Assembly (NCBI GenBank): GCA_963751035.1
Contig: CAVVSW010000005.1
Location: 708,784 to 772,783, forward strand
DNA length: 64,000 nt
Reading direction: 5' to 3'
DNA from: an uncultured Actinomycetota bacterium
Lineage (GTDB): Bacteria; Actinomycetota; Actinomycetes; JACCUZ01
The translations under genes and the position numbers were made by a program. The notes under the pieces are model-generated. The model saw only the letters and a program-made list of their open reading frames with translations. It ran no database searches and was not told the DNA's origin. Position 1 is the stretch's first letter. Every line of letters starts with the position of its first letter. Shown one piece after another: positions 17,479 through 28,384 of this stretch.

Positions 17479-18816
17479 ATGACTGAGACCAACCCCGCCG
17501 GCGGTTTCTCCCGACGCCGCTTCCTGGAGCTCGGCGCGGGCACCGCGGCCGCCGCCAGTCTGGCCGCCTGCGGAGGCGGCAAGTCCGCTGACGAGGCCGC
17601 CAACCCACAGTCGACAGGGAAGTTCACCGGCGGCTATGACGGCCCGGCCGTGACGGTGTCGTACTGGAACGGCTTCACCGGTGGTGACGGCCCCTTCATG
17701 AAGAAGATGGTTGCCGCCTTCATGAAGGACAACCCGAAGATCACGGTCAAGGCCAACACCGTCGAGTGGGCGCAGTACTACCAGCGCATGCCCGCTGCCG
17801 TGACGGCGGGCAAGGGGCCCGACGTCGGCGTCATGCACCTCGACCAGCTGGCCACCAACGCGGCGCGCAAGGTGATCATCCCGGTCGACGACCTGGCCGA
17901 GTCGCTCGAACTCACCGAGGACGACTTCACCAAGGACGTCTGGACCGCCGGTGTCTACAAGGACGCCCGCTACGGCATCCCGCTCGACGTGCACTCGCTG
18001 GCCATGTACTACCGCAACGCCGCCTTCGAGAAGGCAGGCATCAGCGGGGCTCCCACCGACGATGCTTCCTTCACCGAGGCACTGGACAAGCTCAAGCAGG
18101 GCGACAACAAGACGCCGTTCTGGATGCCCAGCCGGTGGCCGGCCCACCTGATGTTCCTCAGCATTCTCTGGCAGAACGGCGGCGAGCCCTACTCCGAGGA
18201 TGGCAGCAAGGCAACCTTCGACTCCGACGCGGGCGTCGACGCCCTGACCTGGATGAGGGGCATTGTCGACAAGGGCTACAGCCCCAAGAACGTCGCCCAG
18301 GACTCGCAGTACGTCAGCTTCAAGAGCAACAAGGTGGACGTCACCTGGGACGGCATCTGGCAGATCAACGACCTCAAGGCCAACAAGATGGACTTCGGGA
18401 TCGCGACGGTGCCCAAGATCGGCGACACCGACGCCGTGTGGGCCAACTCCCACAACTTCTACATCAGCAAGCAAGGCGCCGCGGACGAGAACAAGCTGCA
18501 AGCGTCGAAGGTCTTCATCGACTGGATGAGCCAGCACTCGGCCGAGTGGGCCGGTGCCGGCATGATCCCGGCCCGCAAGTCGGTCCGCGAAGAGGCAGCC
18601 GTGACCGACTCCACGCAGGGTCCGGTGGCGGAGAAGATCGACACCATGAAGTTCCTGCCGCCGGTCCCGGGTCTGGGTGACGTGCAGGCTCAGACGCTGG
18701 AGATCGCCGTCGCCGACGCCGTGCTCGGCAAGAAGCAGCCGGCCGAGGCCCTCAAGAGTGCCGCGTCCAAGGCCTCACAGCTGATGGAGGAGAACCTGAA
18801 GAAGTACGGGGCCTGA
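17479..18816 (+). CDS. ABC transporter sugar-binding lipoprotein (CUT1 family)
   Basis: 445 aa with a Tat/lipoprotein signal (SRRRFLELGAGTAAAASLAACGG) and a family-1 solute-binding fold. Confidence 0.9.
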   Translation: MTETNPAGGFSRRRFLELGAGTAAAASLAACGGGKSADEAANPQSTGKFTGGYDGPAVTVSYWNGFTGGDGPFMKKMVAAFMKDNPKITVKANTVEWAQYYQRMPAAVTAGKGPDVGVMHLDQLATNAARKVIIPVDDLAESLELTEDDFTKDVWTAGVYKDARYGIPLDVHSLAMYYRNAAFEKAGISGAPTDDASFTEALDKLKQGDNKTPFWMPSRWPAHLMFLSILWQNGGEPYSEDGSKATFDSDAGVDALTWMRGIVDKGYSPKNVAQDSQYVSFKSNKVDVTWDGIWQINDLKANKMDFGIATVPKIGDTDAVWANSHNFYISKQGAADENKLQASKVFIDWMSQHSAEWAGAGMIPARKSVREEAAVTDSTQGPVAEKIDTMKFLPPVPGLGDVQAQTLEIAVADAVLGKKQPAEALKSAASKASQLMEENLKKYGA

Positions 18817-18821
18817 CCCTC

Positions 18822-19805
18822 ATGGCCAGCTCCGAGACGGCCGCGACCAGCACCCCGGTCGTCGTCACATCGGACGACCGCTCCAAGGTCTCCACCCGCG
18901 GGGCGCCCGTGTCACGCGGGCGCCGGGAGGGGCAGGGGCTGGCTCCCTGGTTGTTCATGGCCCCCTACCTCGGGCTCTTCCTCACGTTCGTGGTCGCTCC
19001 GGTGATCTACGGCATCTGGATCAGCCTGCACGCCTACGACTACACGTTGCCCGGCAAGCCCTGGGTGGGCCTCGACAACTACAAGAAGCTGTTCGACTCC
19101 GGCTCCACGACGTTCGCGGACTTCTGGAACTCCATGCAGGCGACGGGCATCTTCACGCTGCTCAGCGTCCCGCTGCTGCTCGTCATCCCGCTCATGGTGG
19201 CCCTGGTCATGAACAGCAGCTTCCGCGGCCGCAACCTCTTCCGGGCGCTCTACTTCGCGCCGTACGTCCTCGGCGTCGCCGTCGTCGCGGTGCTCTGGCG
19301 CTTCCTGCTCGACAACAACATCGGCCTGATCAACCAGTACCTCGGCGCGATCGGGCTTCCGGACGACATCCCTTGGCTGACCTCCGTCCCCGAAGGCTGG
19401 GTCGCCTTGGTGGGCGTGACCGTCTGGTGGACCCTCGGCTTCAACGCGGTCATCTACCTGGCCGGACTGCAGGACATCCCAGGCGAGCTCTACGAAGCCG
19501 CCAGGGTCGACGGCGCCAGCAAGTGGCAGAGCTTCCGGCACGTCACGCTGCCAGGTCTGCGCCCCGTTCTGGCCTTCGTCACGATGATCACCATCATCGC
19601 CTCGGCCAACATGTTCGGTCAGGCCTACCTGATGACCAAGGGTGCACCCGGGACCGAGACCAGGACGGCGATCTACTACATCGCCGACACCGGGCTCCGG
19701 AGCTTCCAGATGGGTGACGCGGCGGCCATGAGTTACGTGCTCACCGTCATCCTGATGATCCTGAGCGTCGGGGCGTTCTGGCTCTTCCGAGAGAGGGACT
19801 CCTGA
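18822..19805 (+). CDS. Carbohydrate ABC transporter permease
   Basis: 6 TM helices and an EAA-loop region (YEAARVDGASKWQSFRHVTLPGLRP). Confidence 0.9.
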   Translation: MASSETAATSTPVVVTSDDRSKVSTRGAPVSRGRREGQGLAPWLFMAPYLGLFLTFVVAPVIYGIWISLHAYDYTLPGKPWVGLDNYKKLFDSGSTTFADFWNSMQATGIFTLLSVPLLLVIPLMVALVMNSSFRGRNLFRALYFAPYVLGVAVVAVLWRFLLDNNIGLINQYLGAIGLPDDIPWLTSVPEGWVALVGVTVWWTLGFNAVIYLAGLQDIPGELYEAARVDGASKWQSFRHVTLPGLRPVLAFVTMITIIASANMFGQAYLMTKGAPGTETRTAIYYIADTGLRSFQMGDAAAMSYVLTVILMILSVGAFWLFRERDS

Positions 19806-20689
19806 TGGCCACCGTGACCGCACCGGCACCGGCGGCGACATCCTCGGCGCCCGAGAAGGGCCGTCCTGCCAAGCGGCCGCCGATCGTCCGCTACCTGGTG
19901 CTGATCGGGCTGGCACTGCTGTTCATCAGCCCCCTGCTGTTCATGCTGGTGACATCGTTCAAGACCAGGTCCGAGGCCACCGCTGTGCCGCCCACCTGGA
20001 TTCCCGAGGATCCCACCACCCAGGCCTACAGCGACATCCTGAACGCCTCGGACACGCCGGTATTCACCTGGTTCTTCAACAGCCTGCTGGCGGCCTCGGC
20101 CAACTCCCTGCTCGTCGTGGCGACCGCCGCGCTTGCTGCTTACCCGCTGGCGCGGATGGACTTCCGCGGCAAGAAGATCGTGCTCGCCACCATCATCGCG
20201 ACGCTCTTCGTGCCGCCCGTGATTCTCATCATCCCCAACTACCTGATCGTCGGGAAGCTGCAGTGGCTGGACACGCTGACAGCAGTCATCATCCCTACGG
20301 CGGCCTCGGCATTCGGCGTGTTCTTCCTCCGGCAGTTCTTCCTCTCGTTGCCACGTGAGCTCGAAGAGGCCGCGCTGCTCGACGGCGCGAACAAGTGGCA
20401 GATCTTCACTCGGGTGATCGTGCCGTTGTCCAAGCCCGCCCTCGTGACCCTGGCCGTCCTCGCGTTCCTCACCAACTGGAACGACTTCCTCTGGCCGGTT
20501 TACGTCCTCTTCAGCCCCGAGAGCCAGACGCTGCCGCCCGGTCTGTCCACCCTGCAGTCGGCGAACAATGTCCGGTACGACGTGATCATGGCGGGCGCGG
20601 TCATTGCCAGCGCTCCGGTTTTGTTGCTCTACGTGCTGGCGCAGCGGTTCATCATCGAAGGCGTGTCCCGCTCGGGCCTGAAGGGCTGA
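19805..20689 (+). CDS. Carbohydrate ABC transporter permease
   Basis: EAA loop EEAALLDGANKWQIFTRVIVPLSKP. The start overlaps the previous stop. No ATPase is encoded in the locus, which fits the shared MsiK-type arrangement usual in actinobacteria. Confidence 0.9.
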   Translation: MATVTAPAPAATSSAPEKGRPAKRPPIVRYLVLIGLALLFISPLLFMLVTSFKTRSEATAVPPTWIPEDPTTQAYSDILNASDTPVFTWFFNSLLAASANSLLVVATAALAAYPLARMDFRGKKIVLATIIATLFVPPVILIIPNYLIVGKLQWLDTLTAVIIPTAASAFGVFFLRQFFLSLPRELEEAALLDGANKWQIFTRVIVPLSKPALVTLAVLAFLTNWNDFLWPVYVLFSPESQTLPPGLSTLQSANNVRYDVIMAGAVIASAPVLLLYVLAQRFIIEGVSRSGLKG

Positions 20690-20702
20690 GCACCGGCGGC
20701 GG

Positions 20703-21638
20703 TCAGCCCTCCGACTGGTCGCCGCGTCGGGTCCGCTCGGCGAGGAAGCGCTCCAGCTCGGCGCCGAGCTCGTCGCCCGTGGGGACGGAGCCGTCCTGGC
20801 CGGTGAGCGGGTTGCCCCTGACCCGGGTGTCGACGTAGGCGTCGTACTGCTGCTCCAGCGCCTCCACCACCGCCACCACCTCGGGTGACGCGGACACCTG
20901 CTCGTCGATCTCGGCGCGGATCCGCTTGGCCGCCTCCGCCAGCGCCTCGCCGGGCAGGGTGAGGTCGGCGGCCTTCGCCACGGACTCGAGCAGCACCAGC
21001 GCGGCGTCGGGGTAGTCGGTCTGCGCGAGGTAGTGGGGGACGTGCACCGCGAAGCCCATGGCGTCGTGCCCGGCCTGGCCGAGGCGGTACTCGAGCAGGT
21101 TGCCCACGCTGCCGGGGACCTGGACGGTGCCGATCCAGGGCGGGTGGCCGGCGACGAGGTCGAGGCTGGTCGCGTGTGCCGTCACGCCGGTCGGCCTGGT
21201 GTGGGGGAGGCCCATCGGGATGCCGTGCACGCCGATGCTCAGGCGTACGTCGAGCGTCTCGACGAGGTGGAGCACCGCCTGCAGGAACCGCTCCCACTGC
21301 ACGTCCGGCTCGGCGCCCTCGAGCAGCAGGAAGGGCACCCCGGCGGCGTCCTCGATGACGTGGAGGAGCAGGGCCGGCTCCTCGTAGCTCACCCAGTGGT
21401 TCTCGACGAAGACCATCGTCGGGCGGCGGGACCGGTAGTCGAGCAGCTGGTCGACGTCGAACGAGGCGACCAGGCGGTGCTCGAAGTTCTCCAGCAGGTG
21501 GTCGCGCAGCAGGCGGCCGGCTGATCCGGCGTCGATGAAGCCGGTGAAGGCGTGCACGAGAACCGGTCGCGTCAGCGCGCCGGCCGGGTCGTGCCCGTCC
21601 GGCTCGTGCACGACGTACAGCTCGTCGGGATCGAGCAC
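20703..21638 (-). CDS. PAC2 (proteasome assembly chaperone 2-like) family protein
   Basis: 311 aa with VLVHAFTGFIDAGSAGRL and FLLLEGAEPDVQWERF. GGAGGTGA Shine-Dalgarno lies upstream of the GTG at 21638. Confidence 0.85.
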   Translation of the reverse strand: MLDPDELYVVHEPDGHDPAGALTRPVLVHAFTGFIDAGSAGRLLRDHLLENFEHRLVASFDVDQLLDYRSRRPTMVFVENHWVSYEEPALLLHVIEDAAGVPFLLLEGAEPDVQWERFLQAVLHLVETLDVRLSIGVHGIPMGLPHTRPTGVTAHATSLDLVAGHPPWIGTVQVPGSVGNLLEYRLGQAGHDAMGFAVHVPHYLAQTDYPDAALVLLESVAKAADLTLPGEALAEAAKRIRAEIDEQVSASPEVVAVVEALEQQYDAYVDTRVRGNPLTGQDGSVPTGDELGAELERFLAERTRRGDQSEG

Positions 21639-21939
21639 CTGTCACCTCCAGCGGTCAGCTCCCACGCTACTTCGCGGCGGGCCCGGGCACGACGGTCACG
21701 CGGTCACTCTCTGTATCAGCCAGCCCCGGGTTGTGACGCTGTGTACGGCAGACGGCGCACCAACGCGGAACGATGTGATGTCACGACTTGTCCTCTGTGA
21801 CGCCCTCTGCCTAGCCTGGCGCGCCGCCGTCATGCCGGCCCTGTCCAACGGGGCTGGTCGGGACCGGTGAGGCATGTAATCGTTCGGCGGGGGCAGGCCG
21901 AGTACCTCCCTCGCCGAACCTGACGGGGGGCCGGGCGCG

Positions 21940-22407
21940 TCATGCGCCCGGCCCTTCGTGCGTCGGCCAGAAGTAGGGCAGGTCCGGGTCGGCGTCGGGG
22001 AACCTCGGGGCGTAGAACGACGGGTCCTTGCGGACCAACGACGCCTGGTGGCTGCGATGAAGCCGCGCGTCGCCGAGCCAGGACGGAAGCTCGGTGTCGG
22101 AGACCAGCAGGGACTGCGGCTTCGGAGCCGGCAGTCCAGCCGCGGACAGGTCGCCAGCCATCGTCGCCGCGCAGGTGTCCGCCCTGCCGCGCGCGACCCA
22201 CTCCACGCAGATGGCCAGGCCGTAGGACGCGAGGGCCGGCTCGTAGCCCGACCACATGAGGACCGCCGGATGGTGCTTCCAGCCGTAGGTATCGCGAGTC
22301 AGGGCGCGGATGATCTGCAAGGCCTCGACGCGTTGCTTGCCGAGGCGCCGGTCGTCGAGCGCTGCCGCACTCGCCGCGAAGTCGGCGTACGGCAAGAAGG
22401 TCTGCAT
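21940..22407 (-). CDS. Pyrimidine-dimer DNA glycosylase / endonuclease V-like (MSMEG_6728-type) protein
   Basis: 155 aa starting MQTFLPYADFAASAAALDDRRLGKQRVEALQIIRAL, followed by GWKHHPAVLMW. I recognise this pattern for that family. Confidence 0.7.
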   Translation of the reverse strand: MQTFLPYADFAASAAALDDRRLGKQRVEALQIIRALTRDTYGWKHHPAVLMWSGYEPALASYGLAICVEWVARGRADTCAATMAGDLSAAGLPAPKPQSLLVSDTELPSWLGDARLHRSHQASLVRKDPSFYAPRFPDADPDLPYFWPTHEGPGA

Positions 22408-22476
22408 CGCACCGATCGTGCCGCAGGAACTGCATGATCACCCGCGGGGTGGGGGAGCGAAACCTATGCGTCAATG

Positions 22477-22512
22477 CCAACAACGCCCACCTGGCTTGGT
22501 GGGCGTTGTTGG
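22477..22512 (-). terminator. 15-bp hairpin downstream of htrA
   Basis: CCAACAACGCCCACC-tggctt-GGTGGGCGTTGTTGG, 14 nt after the htrA stop. The U-tract is weak. Confidence 0.5.
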
Positions 22513-22525
22513 GCAGGGTCAGGGG

Positions 22526-23797
<1,272 letters not shown>

Positions 23798-23839
23798 CCT
23801 GAGAGTCAGCCAAGAGGGTGCGAAGTAAATCGGGAACCG

Positions 23840-25270
23840 CTAGCGCGGAGGAGCTGGTTCCGGCGCAGAAGGGAAGCGGACCACCATCAGCGTGCCGCCC
23901 TCGGGTGCCCGAGCCGCGGTGACCGTGCCCCCGTGCCGCTCGACGGCGTGCCGGACGATCGCGAGACCGAGCCCTGACCCCGGCAGCGTGCGGGCCTCGG
24001 CGGACCGGTAGAACCGGTCGAAGACGTGCGGAAGGTCCTCGTCGGCGATGCCGGGGCCCTCGTCGCCGACAGTCAGCACGCCGTCAGCGAGCGATGTCGT
24101 GACGGCGCCCCCTGCCGGGCTCCACTTGGCGGCGTTGTCGAGCAGGTTGGTCACGGCTCGTTCCAGGCTCTGCGGGTCGCCGGGCATCAGCCATGGTCGT
24201 GCGTCGGTGACGAACCGTACGGCGGGCGCGCGCCGCGTCACCCGCTCGACCGCACGACGCACGACGTCGGCCAGGTCGATGGTCTCCACCGTCGCGGTGT
24301 TGCTCAGCAGCTCGTCGGTGCGGGACAGCTCGACCAGGTCACCGACCAGGTCGCTCAGCTCGGTCACCTGGGCGCGGACGTCGGCGACCAGCTCGGCCCG
24401 CTCGACCCGGCCCAGACCCTCACCGGACTCGCTCTGCGCGAGCAGGTCCAGGTTGGTGCGCAGGCTGGTCAGGGGAGTGCGCAGCTCGTGCCCCGCGTCG
24501 GCGACGAGGGCGCGCTGCCGGTCCCGTGACGCGGCGAGGGCCGCCAGCATGGAGTTGAAAGCGGACGTGAGCCGGGCGAGCTCGTCGCTGCCCGTCACCT
24601 CGATCGGGTCGAGCCGCTCGGTGGCCGCGATGTTCTCGGCCGCCAAGGTCAGCCGTTCCACGGGACGCAGACCGGTGCGCGCGATCACCAGGCCGGCATA
24701 GGCGGCGAGTGCCACTCCCGCGCCGCCGACCAGAAGCAGGACCAGCCGCAGCCGGCGGAGGGTCTGCTCGGTCTCCGACGTCGACTGCGCCAGCACGAGG
24801 GCGAGGTCCTGGGCCACGGGCACGGCGACGACCCGGAAGTCCTCGCCGCCGGCTGTGACGGTGCGGACGGACTCGGTTGCGTCGCCGCGCGCCACCGCCA
24901 GCTCCGGCCGGCCAAGCGGTGGCGGGTTCAGGGCCCCCTGGGCCGAGAACGACTGGCCGTCGACACCGCGCACCAAGGCGATCCGCAGGTCTGCCGCCGC
25001 CCCCAAGGCTGCTCCCGGGATGCTGGCGAGCGCACGGGGATTGCCGAGCGACGTCTCCACCGATGCCCGTGCGCGGGCCAGCAGCGCGTCATCGCGGCTC
25101 TGCTGCAGCTGGTTGCGCACGGTCGCGTAGGCCGCCACCGACGTGAGCAGGACGGCCAGACCGACCCCGACGGCGGCCAGCACACTGACCCGGGTCCGCA
25201 GGGCCATCCCGGCGAACTCCCGCCGCGCCCGGCGTACGGGGTCGTCGCTCTGCTCGACAGGCGCCGTCAC
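23840..25270 (-). CDS. mprB: Sensor histidine kinase (HAMP-HisKA-HATPase), MprB-like
   Basis: 476 aa with 2 TM helices, an H-box ([14 protein letters not shown]) and a G-box (GSGLGLAIV). Overlaps the mprA stop. Confidence 0.85.
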   Translation of the reverse strand: MTAPVEQSDDPVRRARREFAGMALRTRVSVLAAVGVGLAVLLTSVAAYATVRNQLQQSRDDALLARARASVETSLGNPRALASIPGAALGAAADLRIALVRGVDGQSFSAQGALNPPPLGRPELAVARGDATESVRTVTAGGEDFRVVAVPVAQDLALVLAQSTSETEQTLRRLRLVLLLVGGAGVALAAYAGLVIARTGLRPVERLTLAAENIAATERLDPIEVTGSDELARLTSAFNSMLAALAASRDRQRALVADAGHELRTPLTSLRTNLDLLAQSESGEGLGRVERAELVADVRAQVTELSDLVGDLVELSRTDELLSNTATVETIDLADVVRRAVERVTRRAPAVRFVTDARPWLMPGDPQSLERAVTNLLDNAAKWSPAGGAVTTSLADGVLTVGDEGPGIADEDLPHVFDRFYRSAEARTLPGSGLGLAIVRHAVERHGGTVTAARAPEGGTLMVVRFPSAPEPAPPR

Positions 25271-25956
25271 GGCGGTGTCTCGCGCAGGGAGTAGCCCACC
25301 CCGCGGACCGTGTGCAGCAGTCGCGGCTCGTCATCGGCCTCGGTCTTGCGGCGCAGGTAGCCCACGTAGACCTCGAGGGAGTTGGCCGTCGTGGGGAAGT
25401 CGTAGCCCCAGACCTCCTCGAGGATCCGGGCCCGGTCGAGCACCTGGCGCGGGTGGCGCAGGAACAGCTCGAGGAGGGAGAACTCGGTGCGGGTCAGCCG
25501 GATCGGCCGCTCGCCGCGCGTCACCTCGCGCGTCGACGGGTCGAGAGTCAGGTCGGCGAACGTCAGCAGCGCCGCATCGCTCCCCTCGGTGGCGCTGCTG
25601 CTCCGGCGCAACAGCGCGCGCAGCCGGGCCAGCAGCTCCTCCAGGGCGAACGGCTTGACCAGGTAGTCGTCGGCGCCGGCGTCCAGGCCGGCCACCCGGT
25701 CGGCGACGCTGTCGCGGGCGGTCAGCACCAGGATCGGCACGTCGTCACCGTCCGCGCGCAGCCGCCGGCAGGCTTCCAGGCCGCCCACCCGCGGCATCAT
25801 CACGTCGAGCACCACCGCGTCGGGGCGGCGCGCGGTGACCTTGGCGAGGGCGTCCAGGCCATCTGTCGCGAGGTCGACGTCGTAGCCGTTGAAGGCCAGG
25901 GATCGCCGCAACGAGTCGCGGACGGCCCGGTCGTCGTCGACCACGAGGATGCGCAT
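25267..25956 (-). CDS. mprA: OmpR-family response regulator, MprA-like
   Basis: Starts [16 protein letters not shown]. Has a receiver domain and a winged-helix output ([22 protein letters not shown]). The track ORF to 26040 is an upstream extension. Confidence 0.9.
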   Translation of the reverse strand: MRILVVDDDRAVRDSLRRSLAFNGYDVDLATDGLDALAKVTARRPDAVVLDVMMPRVGGLEACRRLRADGDDVPILVLTARDSVADRVAGLDAGADDYLVKPFALEELLARLRALLRRSSSATEGSDAALLTFADLTLDPSTREVTRGERPIRLTRTEFSLLELFLRHPRQVLDRARILEEVWGYDFPTTANSLEVYVGYLRRKTEADDEPRLLHTVRGVGYSLRETPP

Positions 25957-26100
25957 GCGCCCATCCTGCCGGGTGGTGCTGAGAGCAGCCTGAGCGGCAA
26001 TTTCCACCCCGGCGGAGCGCCCCGCCATCTCCAGTCGCAAGCCATCTAAACCTGGACAATTTGTTTACTTGATCTCAAACGGGTGTAAGTCTAGGCGTAA

Positions 26101-26114
26101 TGAAAGCGCTTACA
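26101..26114. promoter_or_regulatory. LacI-type operator TGAAAGCGCTTACA
   Basis: 14-bp palindrome with one mismatched pair, 8 nt upstream of the lacI GTG at 26122, in an AT-rich promoter stretch. Confidence 0.5.
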
Positions 26115-26121
26115 GATCCGC

Positions 26122-27120
26122 GTGGGCGCGACGATCTACCAGGTCGCCGACCGGGCAGACGTGTCGATCGCCACCGTCTCCCGGGTCCTGCGCGGGACCG
26201 CGCCGGTCGCCGAGCCCACCCGGCTACGCGTCCTGGACGCGATGGAGTCGCTGAACTTCACCCCGAGCCGGCTGGGCCGCTCGCTCGCCGAGCGCCACCA
26301 TGCGGCCAACGGCATCGTCTTCCCCGACCTGTCCGGTCCCTACTTCGCCGAGGTCGTGCTCGGCTACGAAGAGGTCGCCGCCGAGGTCGGCCGCAGCGTG
26401 CTGATCCTGTCGACGCACGGCCGGCGGGCGGCCCGCGAGATGGTGCTCGACCTCGCTGCACGGGTCGACGGGATCGTCGTGCTCGGGCGCACCGTGGACG
26501 ACGACGTGATCGCCGACCTGGTCGACAAGGGTCTTCCTGTCGTGGTGATCGCGCGCGAGGCCGTCGACGGCGTCGACTCGGTCAACGCCGAGAACGCAGC
26601 GAGCGCCGCGGCCCTCGGCGACCATCTCGCCGAACACGGCTACCGCGACATCGCGTTCCTCGGCGACGCCACGTCATCCACCGACACCATGCAGCGCTGG
26701 ACCGGCCTTCAGCGCGCGTTGCTGGCTCGCGGCATCAAGCCTTCGCCGCCGGTGCGTTGCTCGTTCGACGAGCACGGCGGCCGAGTCGCGGCAACGGCGA
26801 TGCTGAAGAAGCGGCCGCCCGAGGCGCTCGTCTGCGCCAACGACGAGATCGCGCTCGGTGCGACAACTGCCGCCGAGACCTTGGGGCTGCGCGTCCCCGA
26901 CGACTTGGCCGTGACCGGGTGGGACGACGTCATGGCGGCGCGTCACTCCCGGCCCGGCCTGACAACAGTTCAACAGCCCATGCGCCAGCTCGGTTCGTGG
27001 GCCGCACGTCGTTTGCACGAACGGCTGGGTGGAGACACCAGTTCTCCCCGTCACGAGGTGCTGCCCACGCAGCTCGTCGTTCGTTCCAGCTGCGGGCATC
27101 ACAACAAGGAGGATCGATGA
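26122..27120 (+). CDS. LacI family transcriptional regulator
   Basis: 332 aa with HTH TIYQVADRADVSIATVSRVLRG and C-terminus VLPTQLVVRSSCG. Confidence 0.9.
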   Translation: MGATIYQVADRADVSIATVSRVLRGTAPVAEPTRLRVLDAMESLNFTPSRLGRSLAERHHAANGIVFPDLSGPYFAEVVLGYEEVAAEVGRSVLILSTHGRRAAREMVLDLAARVDGIVVLGRTVDDDVIADLVDKGLPVVVIAREAVDGVDSVNAENAASAAALGDHLAEHGYRDIAFLGDATSSTDTMQRWTGLQRALLARGIKPSPPVRCSFDEHGGRVAATAMLKKRPPEALVCANDEIALGATTAAETLGLRVPDDLAVTGWDDVMAARHSRPGLTTVQQPMRQLGSWAARRLHERLGGDTSSPRHEVLPTQLVVRSSCGHHNKEDR

Positions 27121-28383
27121 GATCGTTCATGCGAGCGGGAGCCGTTGCTCTCGTTGCAGCACTGGCGTTGACCGGCTGCGGCCGCGACAGCGGTGGGGAC
27201 ACGACGACTGACGAGGCGAAGGGTGTCGCCGAGGGCAAGGCAAAGGGCGACATCACCGTCTGGGCACTCGGGGCCGAGGGCGAGAAGCTCCAGGAGATCG
27301 CGGCTGACTTCGAGACGGAGAACCCCGACGCCAAGGTGAACGTCACGGTGATCCCGTTCGACGCCGCGCACGACAAGATCTCGACGTCGATCGCAGGTGG
27401 TCAGACACCTGACGTGAGCCTGGTCGGCACGACGTGGGTCTCGGAGTTCGCCGCTACCAAGGCGCTCGACCCGACACCCACCGATCTCATCGACAAGGGC
27501 AAGTTCTTCGAGGGGTCGTGGGACACGACCGTCGTCGACGACACGTCGTTCGGCGTGCCGTGGTACGTCGAGACCCGGCTCATCTACTACCGCAAGGACC
27601 TGGCCGACAAGGCCGGTCTGACCCCGCCCGCGGACTGGCAGGGCCTCAAGGACTTCGCAAAGGGCATGCAGGACAAGGCCGGCGCCAAGTGGGGCATCAA
27701 CCTGCAGCCGGGCGGGCAGGGCTCGTGGCAGACCTACATGCCCTTCGCGTGGCAGAAGGGTGCCGAGCTGACCGACGGCGACAAGTTCACGTTCAACACC
27801 GAGCCGATGCAGGAGGCGCTGGACTACTACGCCTCGTACTTCAGCGAGAAGATCTCGCCGACGCGAGCTCCCGCCAAACACGATGGAGCCGGCGTTCATC
27901 AAGGGCGACATCGGTGCGTTCGTGTCCGGTCCGTGGCACATGGGGATCCTGCGCGACCAGGGCGGTGCCGACTTCGAGGGCAAGTGGGCCGTGGCCCCGA
28001 TGCCCAAGGAGGAGGCGGGCACGTCGTTCACCGGCGGTGGTGACCTCGTGGTCTTCAAGAAGTCGAAGAACCGCGACGCGGCCTGGAAGTTCGTGGACTT
28101 CCTGACCCAGGAGGCCCAGCAGCAGAAGCTGTACGAGCTGGTGGGAAGCCTGCCCTCGGTCAAGGCGACCTGGGAAACCGGTGAGCTCTCAACGGATCCC
28201 TTCCTGAAGACGTTCGGCACCCAGCTCGAGGACGCCAAGTCCGCGCCGGCGATCGCCACCTGGGAGCAGGTGGCCGCCGAGCTCGACGACGCCATCGAAC
28301 GGGTCTCCCTGGGCAAGGAGGAGTCAGCAGCAGCCCTGAAGACCGCCGACGACAAGGCCAACTCAATCGGCACCGGCTCCTGA
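27117..28383 (+). pseudogene. ABC transporter sugar-binding lipoprotein, frameshifted as sequenced (+1 nt near 27860-27868)
   Basis: Lipobox LALTGCG. The N-terminal 248 aa are in the frame of ORF 26100..28043 and the C-terminal 167 aa are in ORF 27883..28383. The join reads ..YFSEKISPT/ELPPNTMEPAFIKGDIGAFVSGPWH. Length is 1267 nt (3n+1). Confidence 0.85.
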
Positions 28384-28384
28384 C

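Noticed and set aside
21535-21870. Plus-strand ORFs (111 and 82 aa) in the long spacer upstream of PAC2.
   Set aside because: They have poor codon bias, Arg/Cys/Ser-rich sequences and no Shine-Dalgarno. The region is better treated as non-coding.
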